This document shows, one piece after another, positions 40,930-53,598 of a DNA stretch of 64,000 nucleotides (positions within the stretch are counted from its first letter, which is position 1; every line of letters begins with the position of its first letter). The translations under genes and the position numbers were made by a program. The notes beneath the pieces were generated by a model, which saw only the letters and a list, made by a program, of their open reading frames with translations, made no database searches and was not told the origin of the DNA. The stretch is from Camelus dromedarius (lineage: Eukaryota). Location of the stretch: positions 99,698,001-99,762,000 of the forward strand of contig NC_087472.1 of the NCBI RefSeq assembly GCF_036321535.1, read 5' to 3'.

Positions 40930-41850
40930 ATGCTGGAAGGCCCACGGGACCAAGCTCCGGCCCTTGACCCTTAACCCCCAGGATCCACGGATCCGTACGA
41001 CCAGTACATTCTTCCAGGCGGGTGGGCGGCAGACAGCGCATGCGCACTGGACAGAGCGGCAGAGGTGGGAACAGCCGGTAGAGGGCGCAGGCTCTCTGGC
41101 CCGAGCCGCCCGGGCGGGGCAACCCTCGCTGGGAAAGAGTTGAGAGCAGAGGTCCGCGGAAGAGCAGGCTCTGCACGAGGCAGCAGGCAGTGGGCGGGAC
41201 CAGAGCGGGGGGTGGGGCAAGGCGGTTCCGGAAGGAAGTGGTTCCGGGTCCCGCGGCCCAGCTGAGGTAGCCTTGGTGCCGCGGCCGTGGGAGGCGGCGG
41301 CAGTTGAGGGGCGAGGCCCGAGGGGCCAGCGGCGGCGGCGGCGGCGGCAGTTGCAGAGACTTCCCGGCCGGGTGAGCGGCCCTGGGGGGCGGGCGGGGCG
41401 AGGAGGCCCCGGCCCGCGGGGAGGGCGTGTCCGTCGCCCGGGAGGGGCGGTTCTTGGGGTGGCGGGTGGGGCGGCGGGGAGGATGCGGCGGCCCAGCCCG
41501 GAACCCCGGGGGACCGCTGCCCTGCCACTGCCTCCGGCCACTGGGCCGGTGCCTGATTTTAGACGCGGCGACCCGGGCACCTGCTGCCGCGGCCCTCATC
41601 CTCGCCCGTCGTTGGGCAGGCTGCGGCCCTGGCGAGTCAGAGCGTCTGTCATGGGAACGGGGGAGGGGAGGGGGCGGTGTCCAGGGACGGTGCCCATTTC
41701 CCAGGGGCGGCCCCGGACGCGTCGCCTGCGGGACCTGAGCCGAGGAGCCCCCGCTTTGTCCTTCTTCCAAGGCTCTCCTGCCGCGCAGCGGCGTTTTCCT
41801 CTGGTAACGGCCAGAATGAGCGGTGAAGGCTGCTCTTTATCCTGCATTGC
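40930..41850 (+). promoter_or_regulatory. CpG-island promoter of BCLAF3 with NRF1, ETS/GABP and GC-box motifs
   Basis: Very GC/CpG-rich; GCGCATGCGC at 41036-41045; TTCCGGAAGGAAGT at 41226-41239; several GGGCGG; no TATA box. Confidence 0.9.
41235..41371 (+). other. BCLAF3: BCLAF3 non-coding exon 1 (start approximate)
   Basis: Donor CGG|GTGAGC at 41371/41372 inside the island. TSS inferred next to the ETS sites. Contains (GGC)6. Confidence 0.7.
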
Positions 41851-44559
41851 CAAGTGAAACTTGTCGTTTTAGAAACGTATACCGAAAATTGGCGCATCTC
41901 CTGTGCTTCTCTAGGGTGTATTAGGAAACTGGGCCGGTCACTGTCAGGATTGTCCTGTCGGTAGGTCGGGAGGAGAAGAAATGGGAGAGAAACGTACCCT
42001 CCCAAAGATTTTCCTGCCAAAGTGCTTTTCGAACTGCCTCTTAGGTGGTGGTTTTTCTTTTTCTGGAACCAAGTAAAAACTGCAGGTAAAAATCAGGAGG
42101 AAGGTCTCTCAAGACTTCTGGCCAGGCAACCTTTTTAACGTTTTTCCGAACGCGAACTGGTAGGAACGAAAGACTGGAATTTGAGAAGAAAAGGTTTTGG
42201 TGTGGATTGGTGATGAGTGCTTTACTTTTCAATGATGTTTTAATAATAATGCTTTATTTTTTAATGGTATTTTTGAAAATGGCTACTAAAATGTTCTTTT
42301 GAAAGCCTTGCTCTTTCACACCCTCCCCCAGAAGCCTTTAAAACGTCTGATTGGAAACATTTGTAGAGAGAAGCATTTGGTAGCACATTGATACATAAAA
42401 TTTCTAAAATACATAAAACCAAAATGAAGAAGATAAACTTTCGCCATTCAAGTAATCATTGTGAATATGGTTACACTGAGGATAACACCTCCAGTCTTCT
42501 ATGCAGAGGTGAATGCATGAATTTTTCTAAAGAGGATTTTCTTTGGTAACCATTTTTTTTTTCTGACTAGATAGCATGCCATTATATGGCTGCAGTAATT
42601 TATTTAGTTGATTATTCCCAGTTTTTCACTACTTAAACACATTGTTGGAGAAATGTAAAATCTGCACACCCATCATTATTTCCTTAGTGTACATTCCTAA
42701 ATGATAAAATTGTTAGGTTTTTTTATGTGAATTGCTCAATTTCCCTCTGGAAAGGATATGCTGTTTTGCACTCCCACCAACAATCTGTGAGGGTCCTTTT
42801 CCACACCCTAGCAAAAGGCAACATTTAAAGGATTTCTGTAGGAACATTTTGGGGCCATTTATGTTCTTCTCCAACCATATACAGGTATCCTTCTGTAGCT
42901 ATCGCTTTTTTTTCTTATAATTTGATGGCAGTTCGGTTTCTCATCTTCTATTTTACCTTAGTAAAGAAGGGTTATCTAGGTGAAGCAAAGACATTATAAA
43001 GTGAAGAGATTTGTTTCAAGTCAAGACTTACTTGAATTCTGGTATATTTGATTACCCTGTACAACTCACTTAGCTTTTCTAAGGGACTGTTTCCTCAACT
43101 CTGAGTTAGAGATTATAGTGCATTTGCCTTACCTTTCTTACAGGATGGTGGTAAGGGTCAAATGAAACATTTATGGAGAGTACATTTAAACAGACTTTGT
43201 CTCATTGCCAATTATTGCCATCTTGTAAAAATTACAGACTAGAAAAGCATGTTGATTTTTTATGTAAATTTGTGAATTAAAAAAACTCTTCTTTGATACC
43301 CTTTACCCCTACTCTTTCACTCCTTAAATTTGAAGTTTTATACTGCTGCCCTAGATTATATTCAAAATGATATCAGAGTTACAAAATTAGGTGAATGAAT
43401 GGATCTACAAATGTTCAAGGAAAAAAATATTTAAAAGCACTATCTATATATAAAGCTGAGGAGACAGATAAAAAGCTAAATAAAACACAGTCCTTGGGAT
43501 CATGATAAATAAAACATAGTCTTTGTGCCCTACAGGCTACAGAATGTCCAGGCAGCTAGAGGGCATAAAAGCTGCTTTCCAAATTTAGACGGCAATTTTA
43601 GCTGTGATGCAGGATGTCAACTATTCTCAAGTGTGCTAAAGTCCAATTCTGCTGACTGAGCATCTGTGCAAATGACCAGGCAGTCTCTTCGGAGTCATCT
43701 TGTTGAAGGTAGGAGTTGCAAGGTGGGGAAGTGTTAGTATTGGAGTCCGAAAACCTGAGTTCTGGTTTTACGTCCTTCTCTTGGGGCAGGTTGGTTAACC
43801 TTTTTGAGGCTGGGTTTCTTCACCTTTGAAATGGAGGTAATTTCAGCTTCCTCCAAGGCTTGTGAGGATTAAGTGAGACAGTATTTCTAAGACGCTTAGT
43901 GAGCTAGGAAGTACTGGTGATCCTTATCCACTGAAGACTGAGTTTATCCAGTAAAGAAACTAGATCTCTTCCAACTTTGTTTGCCTTGCCCCTAGCAATC
44001 AGCATAAAATATGGCTGCTGGTAAAAATTCACTTTGGACCACTGAAGAAGGTAATATGTAAATGTGGAATATTGGGAGAAATTAACTACATAATTTGGAG
44101 TTGATATGAAAGAATTAAAGGATACATTGAACTAATTGGATCTAGACTCATCCCTACTGTGACTTTCATTTTACATTATATCCCCAATGCCATGCAACAT
44201 AGTTTCTCCTTATCAACTGTAAACCTGCTCGAGTTGCTTCCATTTTGAAACCTCCTCCCTAGACCCCTGTCACCCAGTTGCAACCCAGTTTCCCTCCCTC
44301 CCTTCCAGCCACAATGTTAGAAAGGGTTGTTAGTAATTGGCTTTCTAAGCTTCCTTACCTTCCATTTAGTCCTCAAGCCATGTATTCACAGTTTTCATTC
44401 CTTTTATTGGATCTCTATGCAGCTTTTGCCATCAGAGTCTCCTTTCTTGAAACACCCTTCCGTGCTCCAGGGTTCCCTTCTTCTTCAGAGGATGTTTCTT
44501 CTCAGTCTCCTTGACTGGTTCATCTTCCTTGAAAGGTTTATGTTCTTGTAGGCTTGATC

Positions 44560-46170
44560 CTTCTCTGATATACCAACTCTGGAATAATTTACAGAGCATT
44601 GAGGCAGTCTGATGTTTGAAGGTTTGGTAGAATTCCCCCCGTGAAGCTACCTGGGCCTGATGCTTTTTCATGGAATGTTTCCTTAATAACTTTCTCTGTT
44701 TCTTCTATGGAAATTGGTCTGTTTAAACTTTTTAATATGGTCAGTTTTAGCAATCTCTATTTTTGTAGCAAATTATCCCTTTCATCTGGGCTTTCAAATT
44801 TATTGGCTAGAGAGCTACAAAGTAATCTCTTATGATTTTAAATTTTTTCTTCTATTTCAATGGTTATCTCCCCTTTGCTCTTTCTTATTTTGTGTATTTG
44901 TGCTCTTTTTCCTTAGTCAGGGTATATACATTGTTTAGTGGCTTATCCGTTTTAATTTTTCCAAAAAGTAGAATTTTGAATTATTACTTAGATCTAATTT
45001 TCTATTCTCTTCCTCTACTTTTATCTTTATTATTTCCTTCCTTGTGCTTGTATTTGGTTTACTTTTTTATTTTTTAGGCTTTTTTTTTTACCTTGGAAAT
45101 GAATTCATTTATTTTTAGTCTTTCATGTTTATTGATAAGTATGTTTAGTGCAGTGGATTTTCCTTTGATCACTGCTTTAAATGCATTCCATGGAATCTGA
45201 TATGTAGTGCTTTTATTGTCATTATTTCTTTAAAAATCTATATTAGACTACCCAGGAATTGTTTAATAGGAGGTTTTAAAATTTCTAGGTGGAAGGGTCT
45301 TTGTGTTTTTAGTTTTTATTAGTGATTTCTAGTTTTATTGGATTATGATCAGAGAGTATGTTTATAATATTCCTATTTTATGGAGGTTACTGATGTTTTC
45401 TTTGTGACTAATATATGATTATTTTTGGTGAATATGGTGTGGGCACTTCAGAAGAATATGTATTCTCTAGTATCAGAGTGTAGAGTTTGATAAATATCCT
45501 TAAGATTTGTTGATTATGGTATTTAGGTCTTCGGTCTCCTTATTTTTGGTTTACCTGATCTGTCTACTGTGCCACTGAGAGTGGTATACTGGAGTCTCCT
45601 TTTAGTGTTTCTATCTATGTCTCCTTGCATCTCTTGTAGTTTTTGTTCCATAAAGGTGGTTGCTATGTTATATTCATGTAAATATGTATATTTTTATTCT
45701 CTCTTCATTGAGGATTGTGACTTTTAGCATTAAAAAGTGTCTTTCTTTGGCATGATGAATGCTTTGGGGCATGAATTCTGCTTTGCCTGATTCCAGGTTT
45801 GCCACACCTGCTCTCTTTTTGTTTCCATTTGCCTGGCCAGTGGCCATCCTTTTATTTTTAACCTTTCACAGTCACTTTGTTTTAGGTGTATCTTTCGTAC
45901 AACTCCTTGAGTTTTGTTTTGTGAGCCAAATTAAGCTTTTTTATTTTGGTGAGTTAAGCCCATTCACATTTATTATTAGGGCTGATATGTTTGGCCTATC
46001 ATAATATTTTATAATTATATGTATTTTGTTTGTTTGCTGTTTCTTTTTGCTATGAAGTATAGTTTTTGCTCTTTTGTTTTAGAAAGTTGGGAGGTATTTA
46101 GGAAGGTTTTTATTTTTTGCTAATGGTTAACCTTTGTACTAACAACTTTTTAAATGCCCTTACTCCCCTG
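44560..46170 (-). mobile_element. Old L1M ORF2 fragment
   Basis: 'ggtttggtagaattcccccgtgaagctacctgggcctg' (antisense PGPDGFTGEFYQTFK-like; see minus ORF ...RGEFYQTFK) and a T-rich continuation. Confidence 0.8.
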
Positions 46171-46514
46171 TTTATTTATGTAACCTCTTTTGTGTGTGTG
46201 AGAGAAATAGACTGTATATGTGAAATCAAAGTAGAATAATGATAGGCAACTGTGGGGTTCTGTATGCACTGCCAGCTCCTCCCTAATGCAGACTGGTGAT
46301 GGCACCTAGCCCTGTGGTCGAGAGAATAAGCCATGCTCTGCTCTCCTGAGGTCTGGCTTCCTCTGATCTGCTGGTCTCCCTCTTGTTCTCCGGGCTCTAA
46401 CTTGGTCAAGTTCTGTGCTGCAAGTGTGGCTCCTTTGTTACAAAGGCTTTCCTGGACAATTCTTTACATTTGTAAATGCTGAGTTCGTGCTTAGTATGGA
46501 ATTTCTGTCATTTG

Positions 46515-47140
46515 ATTTTTTTTTGTAACAACTTTACTGAGATATAGTTAACGTATCACACAATTCGCCCATTTAAAAGCCTACAATTCAGTGTTTTTTT
46601 TAATATATTCACAGAGTTGTACAACCATCATCACAGTCTAGTTTTAGTACACATTCATCACCCCAAACAGAAGCCATGTGCCCATTCCCTCCGGCACCCA
46701 CCCCTGCAACACCACACTGGGCTACCACCAGTCTACTTTCTGTTTCTATAGATTTGCCTATTCTGGAATTTTCATGTAACTGGAATATATAATATATGGT
46801 CTTCTGTGACTGCTTTTTTCCCTTAGCATAATGATTTCAAGGTTCGTCCCTGTTTGACTGGGTGTCAGTACTTTATTCATTTTTATGGCCAAGTAATACT
46901 CTGTTGTATAGCTAGACCACATTTGTTCATTCGTCTCTCAATGAACATTTGAGTTGTTTCTACATTTTGGCTATTATAAATAATGCTATTAAGAACACTT
47001 GTGTACAAGTTTTCATGTGAACATGTATTTTTATTTCTTTAGGGTATATACCTAGGACTGGGGTTGCTGGGTCATATGGTAACTCTGTTTAATTTTTTAA
47101 GGAACTGCAAACTGTTTTCTAAAGTGGCTACATCATTTCA
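46515..47140 (-). mobile_element. L1MB-type 3' end
   Basis: 'aactttactgagatatagttaacgtatcacacaattcgccc...atttgcctattctggaattttcatg...gttgctgggtcatatggtaactct'. Confidence 0.85.
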
Positions 47141-47599
47141 TTTGAACTTATTTTCCCTTGGGCACCTTGTAATGTATCCTTCACTTCTGAGATAATTTAG
47201 TCTTTTTCTCAGACTTTAATTCATTTTTTTCCTGTCATTTTTCTCTGTTTTTTTGGTCTGTTTCCATTCTTAGTTTTTAAATTTCTGATTCAAGCTGAGG
47301 GGTTTTTTTTTTAAATCTTAAATGCTTTGGGGTATATTTAATTTTGTTTGGGGTATAAAGTTAGAGTTTTCTTCTGCTTCATGGGTTTTTGGGGAGGAAT
47401 TTTCCTCAGCTGAGAAATTTTCTTTTTCTGCTTTCTTATAAACACATGGGGATCATAAGACTTTACAATTTTTGCAAATCTCCTGAGTATGAAATGGTAT
47501 CTCCTTGTTTTGATTTTATCTTCCTGATTAGGTAGGGTTGAGTATCTTTTTGTATGTTTATTGGATATTTATATTTCCTCTTTGTTGAAAACTCTAAGT

Positions 47600-48350
47600 A
47601 TAGAGCTGCCATTTATTAAGGTGGGGAGACTAGGAGGAGTAGATGTTGGCGAAGGTCAGGAGTTTGCTCTTGGACATGTTTTCAGCATCCATTAGGCTGT
47701 TGGATATGGAAGACTACAACACAGAGGATGGATGAGGGCCAGAGATGTCATTTTGGGGGTTGTTAGTTTATAGAGAGTATTTAAAGCGATGAGACTGAAT
47801 GAGAGTGTAGACTGGGGAGAGAGTGTAGACAATGGGAAGTCTAAAGACTGAAGTCACTATTTAAAGGAAGACTGGGTTCACTACTTAGGGGTCACGGTGT
47901 TGAGGAGGGAGATGAGGAGAAACCAGCAAAGGAGACTGAAGGAATTGTTAGAGGTAGGAGGAAAACCAGAAAAATGTAGTATTCTGGAATCCAAGTGAAG
48001 AAAATGTTATTTGGGAGGAGATAGGAAGGACGACCATCAAGTGCTGCTGGTGGATCCAGGGGAAGGAGGGAGAAGAACCACTGGATTTAGTAACATAGAT
48101 TTCATCATCAATCATAACTATAGAGCAGTTTGGTGCGGTGGTGGAGTGGAAAGCTAGAGTGGCCAGGGGCCAAGCTAGAGCTAGAATGGGAGGAGAAGAA
48201 TCAGAGAGAACGTCTGTGGTATTCAGGCGGCCCTTTGCGGAATTTGGTTGTAAATGAGGAGAGAGAGTGGTAGCCCAGGGGATGTGGTTCCAGAGAGCTA
48301 GGGGAATTATTAGAGGTAGTATGGTTGAGGGGAAGGCCCTAATGGAGAGG
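47600..48350 (-). mobile_element. L2 LINE fragment
   Basis: 'ggagtttgctcttggacatg', 'atttaaagcgatgagactgaatgaga', 'aaccagcaaaggagactgaag...ggtaggaggaaaaccag' are classic L2 motifs. Confidence 0.75.
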
Positions 48351-49273
48351 GGAAAGTGGTGTTGTGGGAGGAAGAGGAGAATTGCTGCAGCTGGGTCTTT
48401 CAGCTGGATGAGGGGTTGTGTCCAGTGCTTTCCTCTTTGGCACCAGCATCCCCTTCAGCATCCTCCTGGGAGTCGATGCCCCTGCTCTCCAGTCATCTGT
48501 GTTCAAGGGCCCATGAGTTCATTCACTGCCTCCACACAGTTCACTCTGAACTGGCAGTATAAATGAATTTATCTTCTGTTACTGACTTCTCCTTCTCCCC
48601 AGTCACAAACCCTACTGTTTTTTTTTTTTCTCTCTGTCCTAAAGCTCCCTTTGATTAACTTGGCTACTCACAAGTAAGTTAGTTTAAATCAGAGATAGGC
48701 AGTCTTTTTTGTAAAGGACCAGGTAATAAATATTTTAGACTTTGTGGGCTACGTACAATCTCCATTGCATATTCTTCTTCTTTTTTTTTTAACAACCCTT
48801 TAAAAATGTAAAAACCAGCTTAGCTCAGACTCTAGGGTTTAAATTAACTCTTCTCTCTTATCTATTAAGCCTCTGAGCCAGCACTTTTCATTACTAACTG
48901 ATGTACACAAAAAAGTAAATGCAAACAAGGTAACTTTAAAAAAACAGCTTTACTGTGATATAATTTACAGGTTTAAAATGTGCAGTTCAATGATTTTTGG
49001 TGTGTTTGCAGAATTGTACAGCCATCTCCATAATATCTGATCTAATGTTAGAGCATATGCATTACGCCAAAGCTAACTTTTTACCACTTTGGGGTGTAAT
49101 TTATATGCAGTAAAATTCACCTATTTTTGAGTGAATAGTTTGAATGTTAATGAAGCTAATTTTAATATTAGCAGAGGAAAATATTCTAAGTAATAATTTT
49201 TTTTTATCACATAACCGGTAAATCTCACTTGTAAACATTTTCTCCCAAGTGACCTTCACCTTTCCCTTGAGAC

Positions 49274-49421
49274 CAGTAGTTCTCTAGTCCCTGGACCAGC
49301 AGCATCTGCATCACCTGGGAACTTGCTAGAAGTGAGGTCCACCCCAGAGTAGGGCCCAGCATTCTGTGTTCTAACCAGCCTTTCAGGTAATTCTGAACAC
49401 TCTAAAGCTGGAGAACCACCG
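49274..49421. mobile_element. MER5A1-like MITE
   Basis: Termini CAGTAGTTCTC / GAGAACCACCG; 'ggaccagcagcatctgcatcacctgggaacttgctagaa'. Confidence 0.8.
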
Positions 49422-49590
49422 CTCTAAGGTGTCTCCTTGAGTAGAATTGCTGGTTTGGAAATGAGCATGTTCAAATGTGACGGGTACTGCCAGCGCCATC
49501 CACACTGGTCACTCTTGTGTGTACTCACCTGCTCAGCAGTGTGCAAGAGTCCCTGTGCCACAGCCTCGCCTGCACTCTGAAATAGGCGCC

Positions 49591-49677
49591 CCTTCCTTCC
49601 TTCCTTCCTTCCTTCCTTCCTTCCTTCCTTCTTTGCTTTCTTCCTTCCTCCCTTTCTTCCTTCCTTTCTTTCTTTCT
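49591..49677. repeat. (CCTT)10 tetranucleotide repeat with degenerate CT-rich tail
   Basis: Read directly. Confidence 0.93.
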
Positions 49678-50361
49678 TGTCAGTCTGATAGGTGTGAAAT
49701 GGCTATGATCTAAATTGGTGTTTACTTGATTACTAATGAGGTTGAACATCTCAGATGTCCATAGGCCACTCGAGTTTTGTGTTCTGTGATAGGCTGTTTG
49801 GAGTCTTGTGCTTCTTGAAATAAATATAATTATGTAAACAAATAATCGTAGTGTATTGAAATAATTGCAGAAGAAACTCAGAATTCCCAGGAAGAAAGAA
49901 ACTCTGGGTAAAAGAAAAAAAGAAAGCAAGGAAAGAATTTCAGAGGAGATTATGGCCAGACAGTCCTGAAAGAATAGGAGTTTGTCAGGCAGAGTGCGGG
50001 AGGGCCATCTATGTGGTACCAACAGAATGACCTGATCAGGGGAAAGCAAGTAGTGTGCTGTGCTGGGCTGATGGGGTATGTGGAGGAAAAGACATATAGA
50101 AGGCTAGGAGAAAAGTAAGGAGTGACTACATGTATATATTTTAAACTTGTTTAATCCTTTACTGAGTGTTGGGCATTTGGGTTAACTAGTTAGTTGGGTG
50201 GTTTTTTTCTTTCCTATTATTACAAATAAAGCTGATAGAAATATCTTAGTATATATAGCTACTTTTTTCTGTTAAAGTATTAGAATAATAAATTTAAACT
50301 GAAATTATTAGATTAAAGGAAAGTAGGCATGATTCGTTTAATAATTTCTTACATATTTCAA

Positions 50362-51135
50362 GATTACCCATCATTAGGGAAATACCAATCACAACCATGG
50401 TGAGGTACCACTTCACTCCCACAAGGATGGCTGTAATTGAAGAGACAGACAATAACAAATATTGGTGAGGATATGGAAAAATGGGAACCTTCATATATTG
50501 CTGGTGGGAATATAAAATGATGTAGCTGCTTTGAGGATGTTTGGCCCTCTCAAAAAGTTAAACATAGAGTTATTGTATGACCCAGCAATTCTACTCCTAG
50601 TTTTATATCCAAGACAGATGAAAACATATGTCTACACAAATACTTGTTCATAAATGTTCATAGCAGCATTATTTGTAATAACCAAAAGATTGAAACAACC
50701 CAAATGTCCATTGAGAAATGAATGAATAAACAAAATGTGGTGTACCCATACAATGGAATATTATTCAGTCATTAAAAGGATGAAGTAGTGATACATGGTA
50801 AAACCCTTGAAATGTTATGCTGAAGGAAAGAGGCCAGTCACAAAGGACCACATATTGTATGATTCCGTTCATATGAAATGTACAGAATAGGCAAACCCTA
50901 GGGACAGAAAGTAGATTAGTGGTTGTTGGGGCTAATCAAAGGAGGAGAGGAATGGGGAGTGACTGCTAATGGGCTTTCTTATAGAGAGGATGGAGGTGTT
51001 CTAAAATTAGATTGTGGTGATGGCTATACATCCCTGTGAATATACTAAAAAACATTGAATTGTATGCTTTAAATGGGTGAATTGTATGGTATGTGAATTA
51101 TAGCTCAATACATCTGTTTTTCAAAAAAAATAAAA
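50362..51135 (+). mobile_element. L1MB7/8-type 3' end
   Basis: 'catcattagggaaat...acagacaataacaaatattggtgaggat...gacccagcaattctactcctag...gtatggtatgtgaattatagctcaat' plus an A tail. Confidence 0.88.
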
Positions 51136-52475
51136 TGGATAAAAAGATTACCCTTTTTAAGTTAAGATTCCTTAACCAGGATAGTTACACTTTTTCATCA
51201 TCACCAGCAATACTTGGTATCCCCCCCTCACAACCTTTGGGTTTATTATTTTTGTTAAGTTTAATAGGTGTGTACCCAAAGCTTCTTTGGTTAAATTATA
51301 GGTTCTTTCATTAGAATGTAAGCTCTAGGGGGGCAGGAATTTTTGCCTGTTTCTGTTCACTGCTGTATCTCCAGAACAGTGCCTGGCAAATAATAGGTAG
51401 TCAGTAATATTTGTTAAATGAATATATTTTTATATGTTTAGTTACTAAGTAAAGATTTTCCCATTTAGTATCTTAATTTCATGGTACATCTGAACTAATT
51501 GTTCTTCCTAGCCTCAAATTCTTTTTGGAAAGAAGCAATATATAACTAAATGAACTGAATTGAATGTACTTCTGGTGAGTGATCTGGTTCAAGTCCTTTG
51601 CCCTTACATGCTTTTACTTTCTTCTAAAATTTGTTATAACAATGATTTGCAAATGTTTGACTATGTGGACTCCCTTTTTAAACCACTGTCCATATAGTTA
51701 TACTTGTACTTTTTGTATCAGTCGGCGGAAAAACAACATAGTGACAAGAAGCTATTTATATTTGAACAATGATCACAATATCTTCAGAAATTTGCAAAAT
51801 TGAGGTTATAATATATGAGACATATATTTATTCTATAGTCTGTACATGGTGACTCTATGTATTTTTCATAGACCCATGGCAGTAATTTTGAAAGCCCCCA
51901 GGAGTTTGGGGCCAGTAAGTTGGAAACTACTTAATTATAGTATCAAAACTGAAGATTACTGAAATGTAAATAATAAGTAGTACAAAAGATTATACCCTAA
52001 TGATGGTTTTTTTTATTTAAGATTCAGTTCCTAAAGCTATCAGTTTCTTTTCAAGATTGAAGAATATTTTAAAAATCAAGTTTTATGTCTTTTAAAGTTT
52101 ACTTATTTGTCATTATTTGTATTAGTAAAAAAATCAGAAGCCAACTAAGTGTCTAGTCGTGCTTAACTAACTTTTGGTATATTTATCTGGTGGAAATTAG
52201 GCGGCAAACTGAGTATGATAATTAGGCATTGTAATTCTTATTTTCCAACAATTTAAAAAGCAGGGTATATCATCGAGTATTCCTAAGCATCTTAACTGTG
52301 ATTATATGAACATAACTACGATTATATCTACACAAACAGTGGCGAAAGACGGGAAGATACAGTTGTGGTTGTGTTCAGATAGAGGAATTCTGGGGAATTT
52401 TTTCCTCTTTTTGGAACGCTTACTAGCAGTTGCTGTGTGCCAGGCGGTATTCTAAGCTCTTTTCTTCACTTAACT

Positions 52476-52661
52476 CAAGGATCACTAGACTACAATGCAT
52501 TTGGCCTTTGGGGCCTATTCTTGTGTGGCCCTTGAGCTGAGAATGATTTTTATATTTTTTAAGCATTTTTTTAAAAAAGATATGGTAGAGACCTCTTATG
52601 GCCTGCAAAGCCTAAAATTGCTACTATCTGGCCCTTTACAGAAAAAGCTTGCCGACCCTTG
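52476..52661. mobile_element. MER58A-like MITE inserted in a MIR
   Basis: End 'tatctggccctttacagaaaaagcttgccgacccttg'; degenerate 8-bp TSD ACTTAACT/ATTTAATT; MIR text on both sides ('gatgaggaaactgg...cagagggcttaagtaa'). Confidence 0.8.
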
Positions 52662-52877
52662 ATTTAATTCATTTTGTCCTTACAATGTTCCAATAAGGTG
52701 GGTCCTAATATTATCACCCCTATTTTCTAGATGAGGAAACTGGACACAGAGGGCTTAAGTAAGTTTTTGTTGGTAATATTCACTATTTTTAGAGCAGGTT
52801 GCAGGCTCTTTCTACACACTTGCTAATACTGTGTTTCTTTGCAGTGTAAAAAGTGATAGTGGTTCACGGTTCAAAGG

Positions 52878-52918
52878 ATGAAACGGTCACGCTCTAGATC
52901 CCCCAGGTGGAAACACAG
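52878..52918 (+). CDS. BCLAF3: BCLAF3 (BCLAF1/THRAP3 family member 3, CXorf23) first coding segment MKRSRSRSPRWKH[R]; exon 2 spans 52845-52918
   Basis: Acceptor tttgcag|TGT at 52844/52845, ATG at 52878, donor AG|GTGAGC at 52918/52919. Matches recalled human MARSRSRSPRWKHR. Confidence 0.93.
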
Positions 52919-53314
52919 GTGAGCAGCTCTTAGTTTAGCACGGTAAGCATGGGTTTGGGATGTGCTTGGACTTTCAAACTCACCGGGACTGTTAACCTAT
53001 TTTAATAAGCTCATGGGACCTGGTTATTCACAGTAGGTGCTTTATAGTGATAGACATATTTCTAGGTTCTAGGAGCTGACAGCTTTCTTTAATTACAGCT
53101 GGCAGCTGGAATTAATCCATAATAAAAAGAAATGCAGTGGCCACAGTAAGGAAGAGTGAGAAACATCTTTGAGAGTGTTGTATTTTTTTGTATCAGTAAG
53201 TGGTTTAGAACTCTTCAGTGTGTATTTTATTTTTTCATAATCATCATGTTTGAGGAAATTGGGAATTAGAAAATTGGAAGTTTCCTACTTCTTCTTCATA
53301 GCAGAATAATAAAA

Positions 53315-53598
53315 TTTTGTTTGTTTGTTTCGAGGGGGAGGTAATTATGTTTATTTATTTATTTAAATGGAGGTACTGGGGATTGAACCCAGGACCTCAT
53401 GCATGCTAGGCACGCACTCTACCACTGAGCTATACCTTACCCCCAATTTTTATTTTATTTTATTTTTTTAAGGTTTTTTTTCGGGGGTAGGAGATAATTA
53501 AGTTTATGTATTTATTTTTAGAGGTGGTACTGGGGATTGAACCCAGGACCTTGTGTATGCTAAGCATGTGCTCTACCATGTGAACTATACCCTCCCCT
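53315..53598 (-). mobile_element. Two head-to-tail camelid tRNA-derived SINEs
   Basis: Two copies of 'gtactggggattgaacccaggacct...gctctacca..g(a/g)gctatacc' at about 53370-53444 and 53525-53598. Confidence 0.9.

Noticed and set aside
40906..42020. Many long overlapping ORFs (up to 283 aa) on both strands
   Set aside because: These are P/R/G/A-rich products expected from stop-codon scarcity in a CpG island; mostly non-ATG starts and no recognisable domain.
26451..52845. MAP7D2-BCLAF3 read-through fusion
   Set aside because: The tandem orientation allows it, but the last MAP7D2 donor is after the stop codon, several poly(A) signals intervene, and nothing in the sequence supports it.
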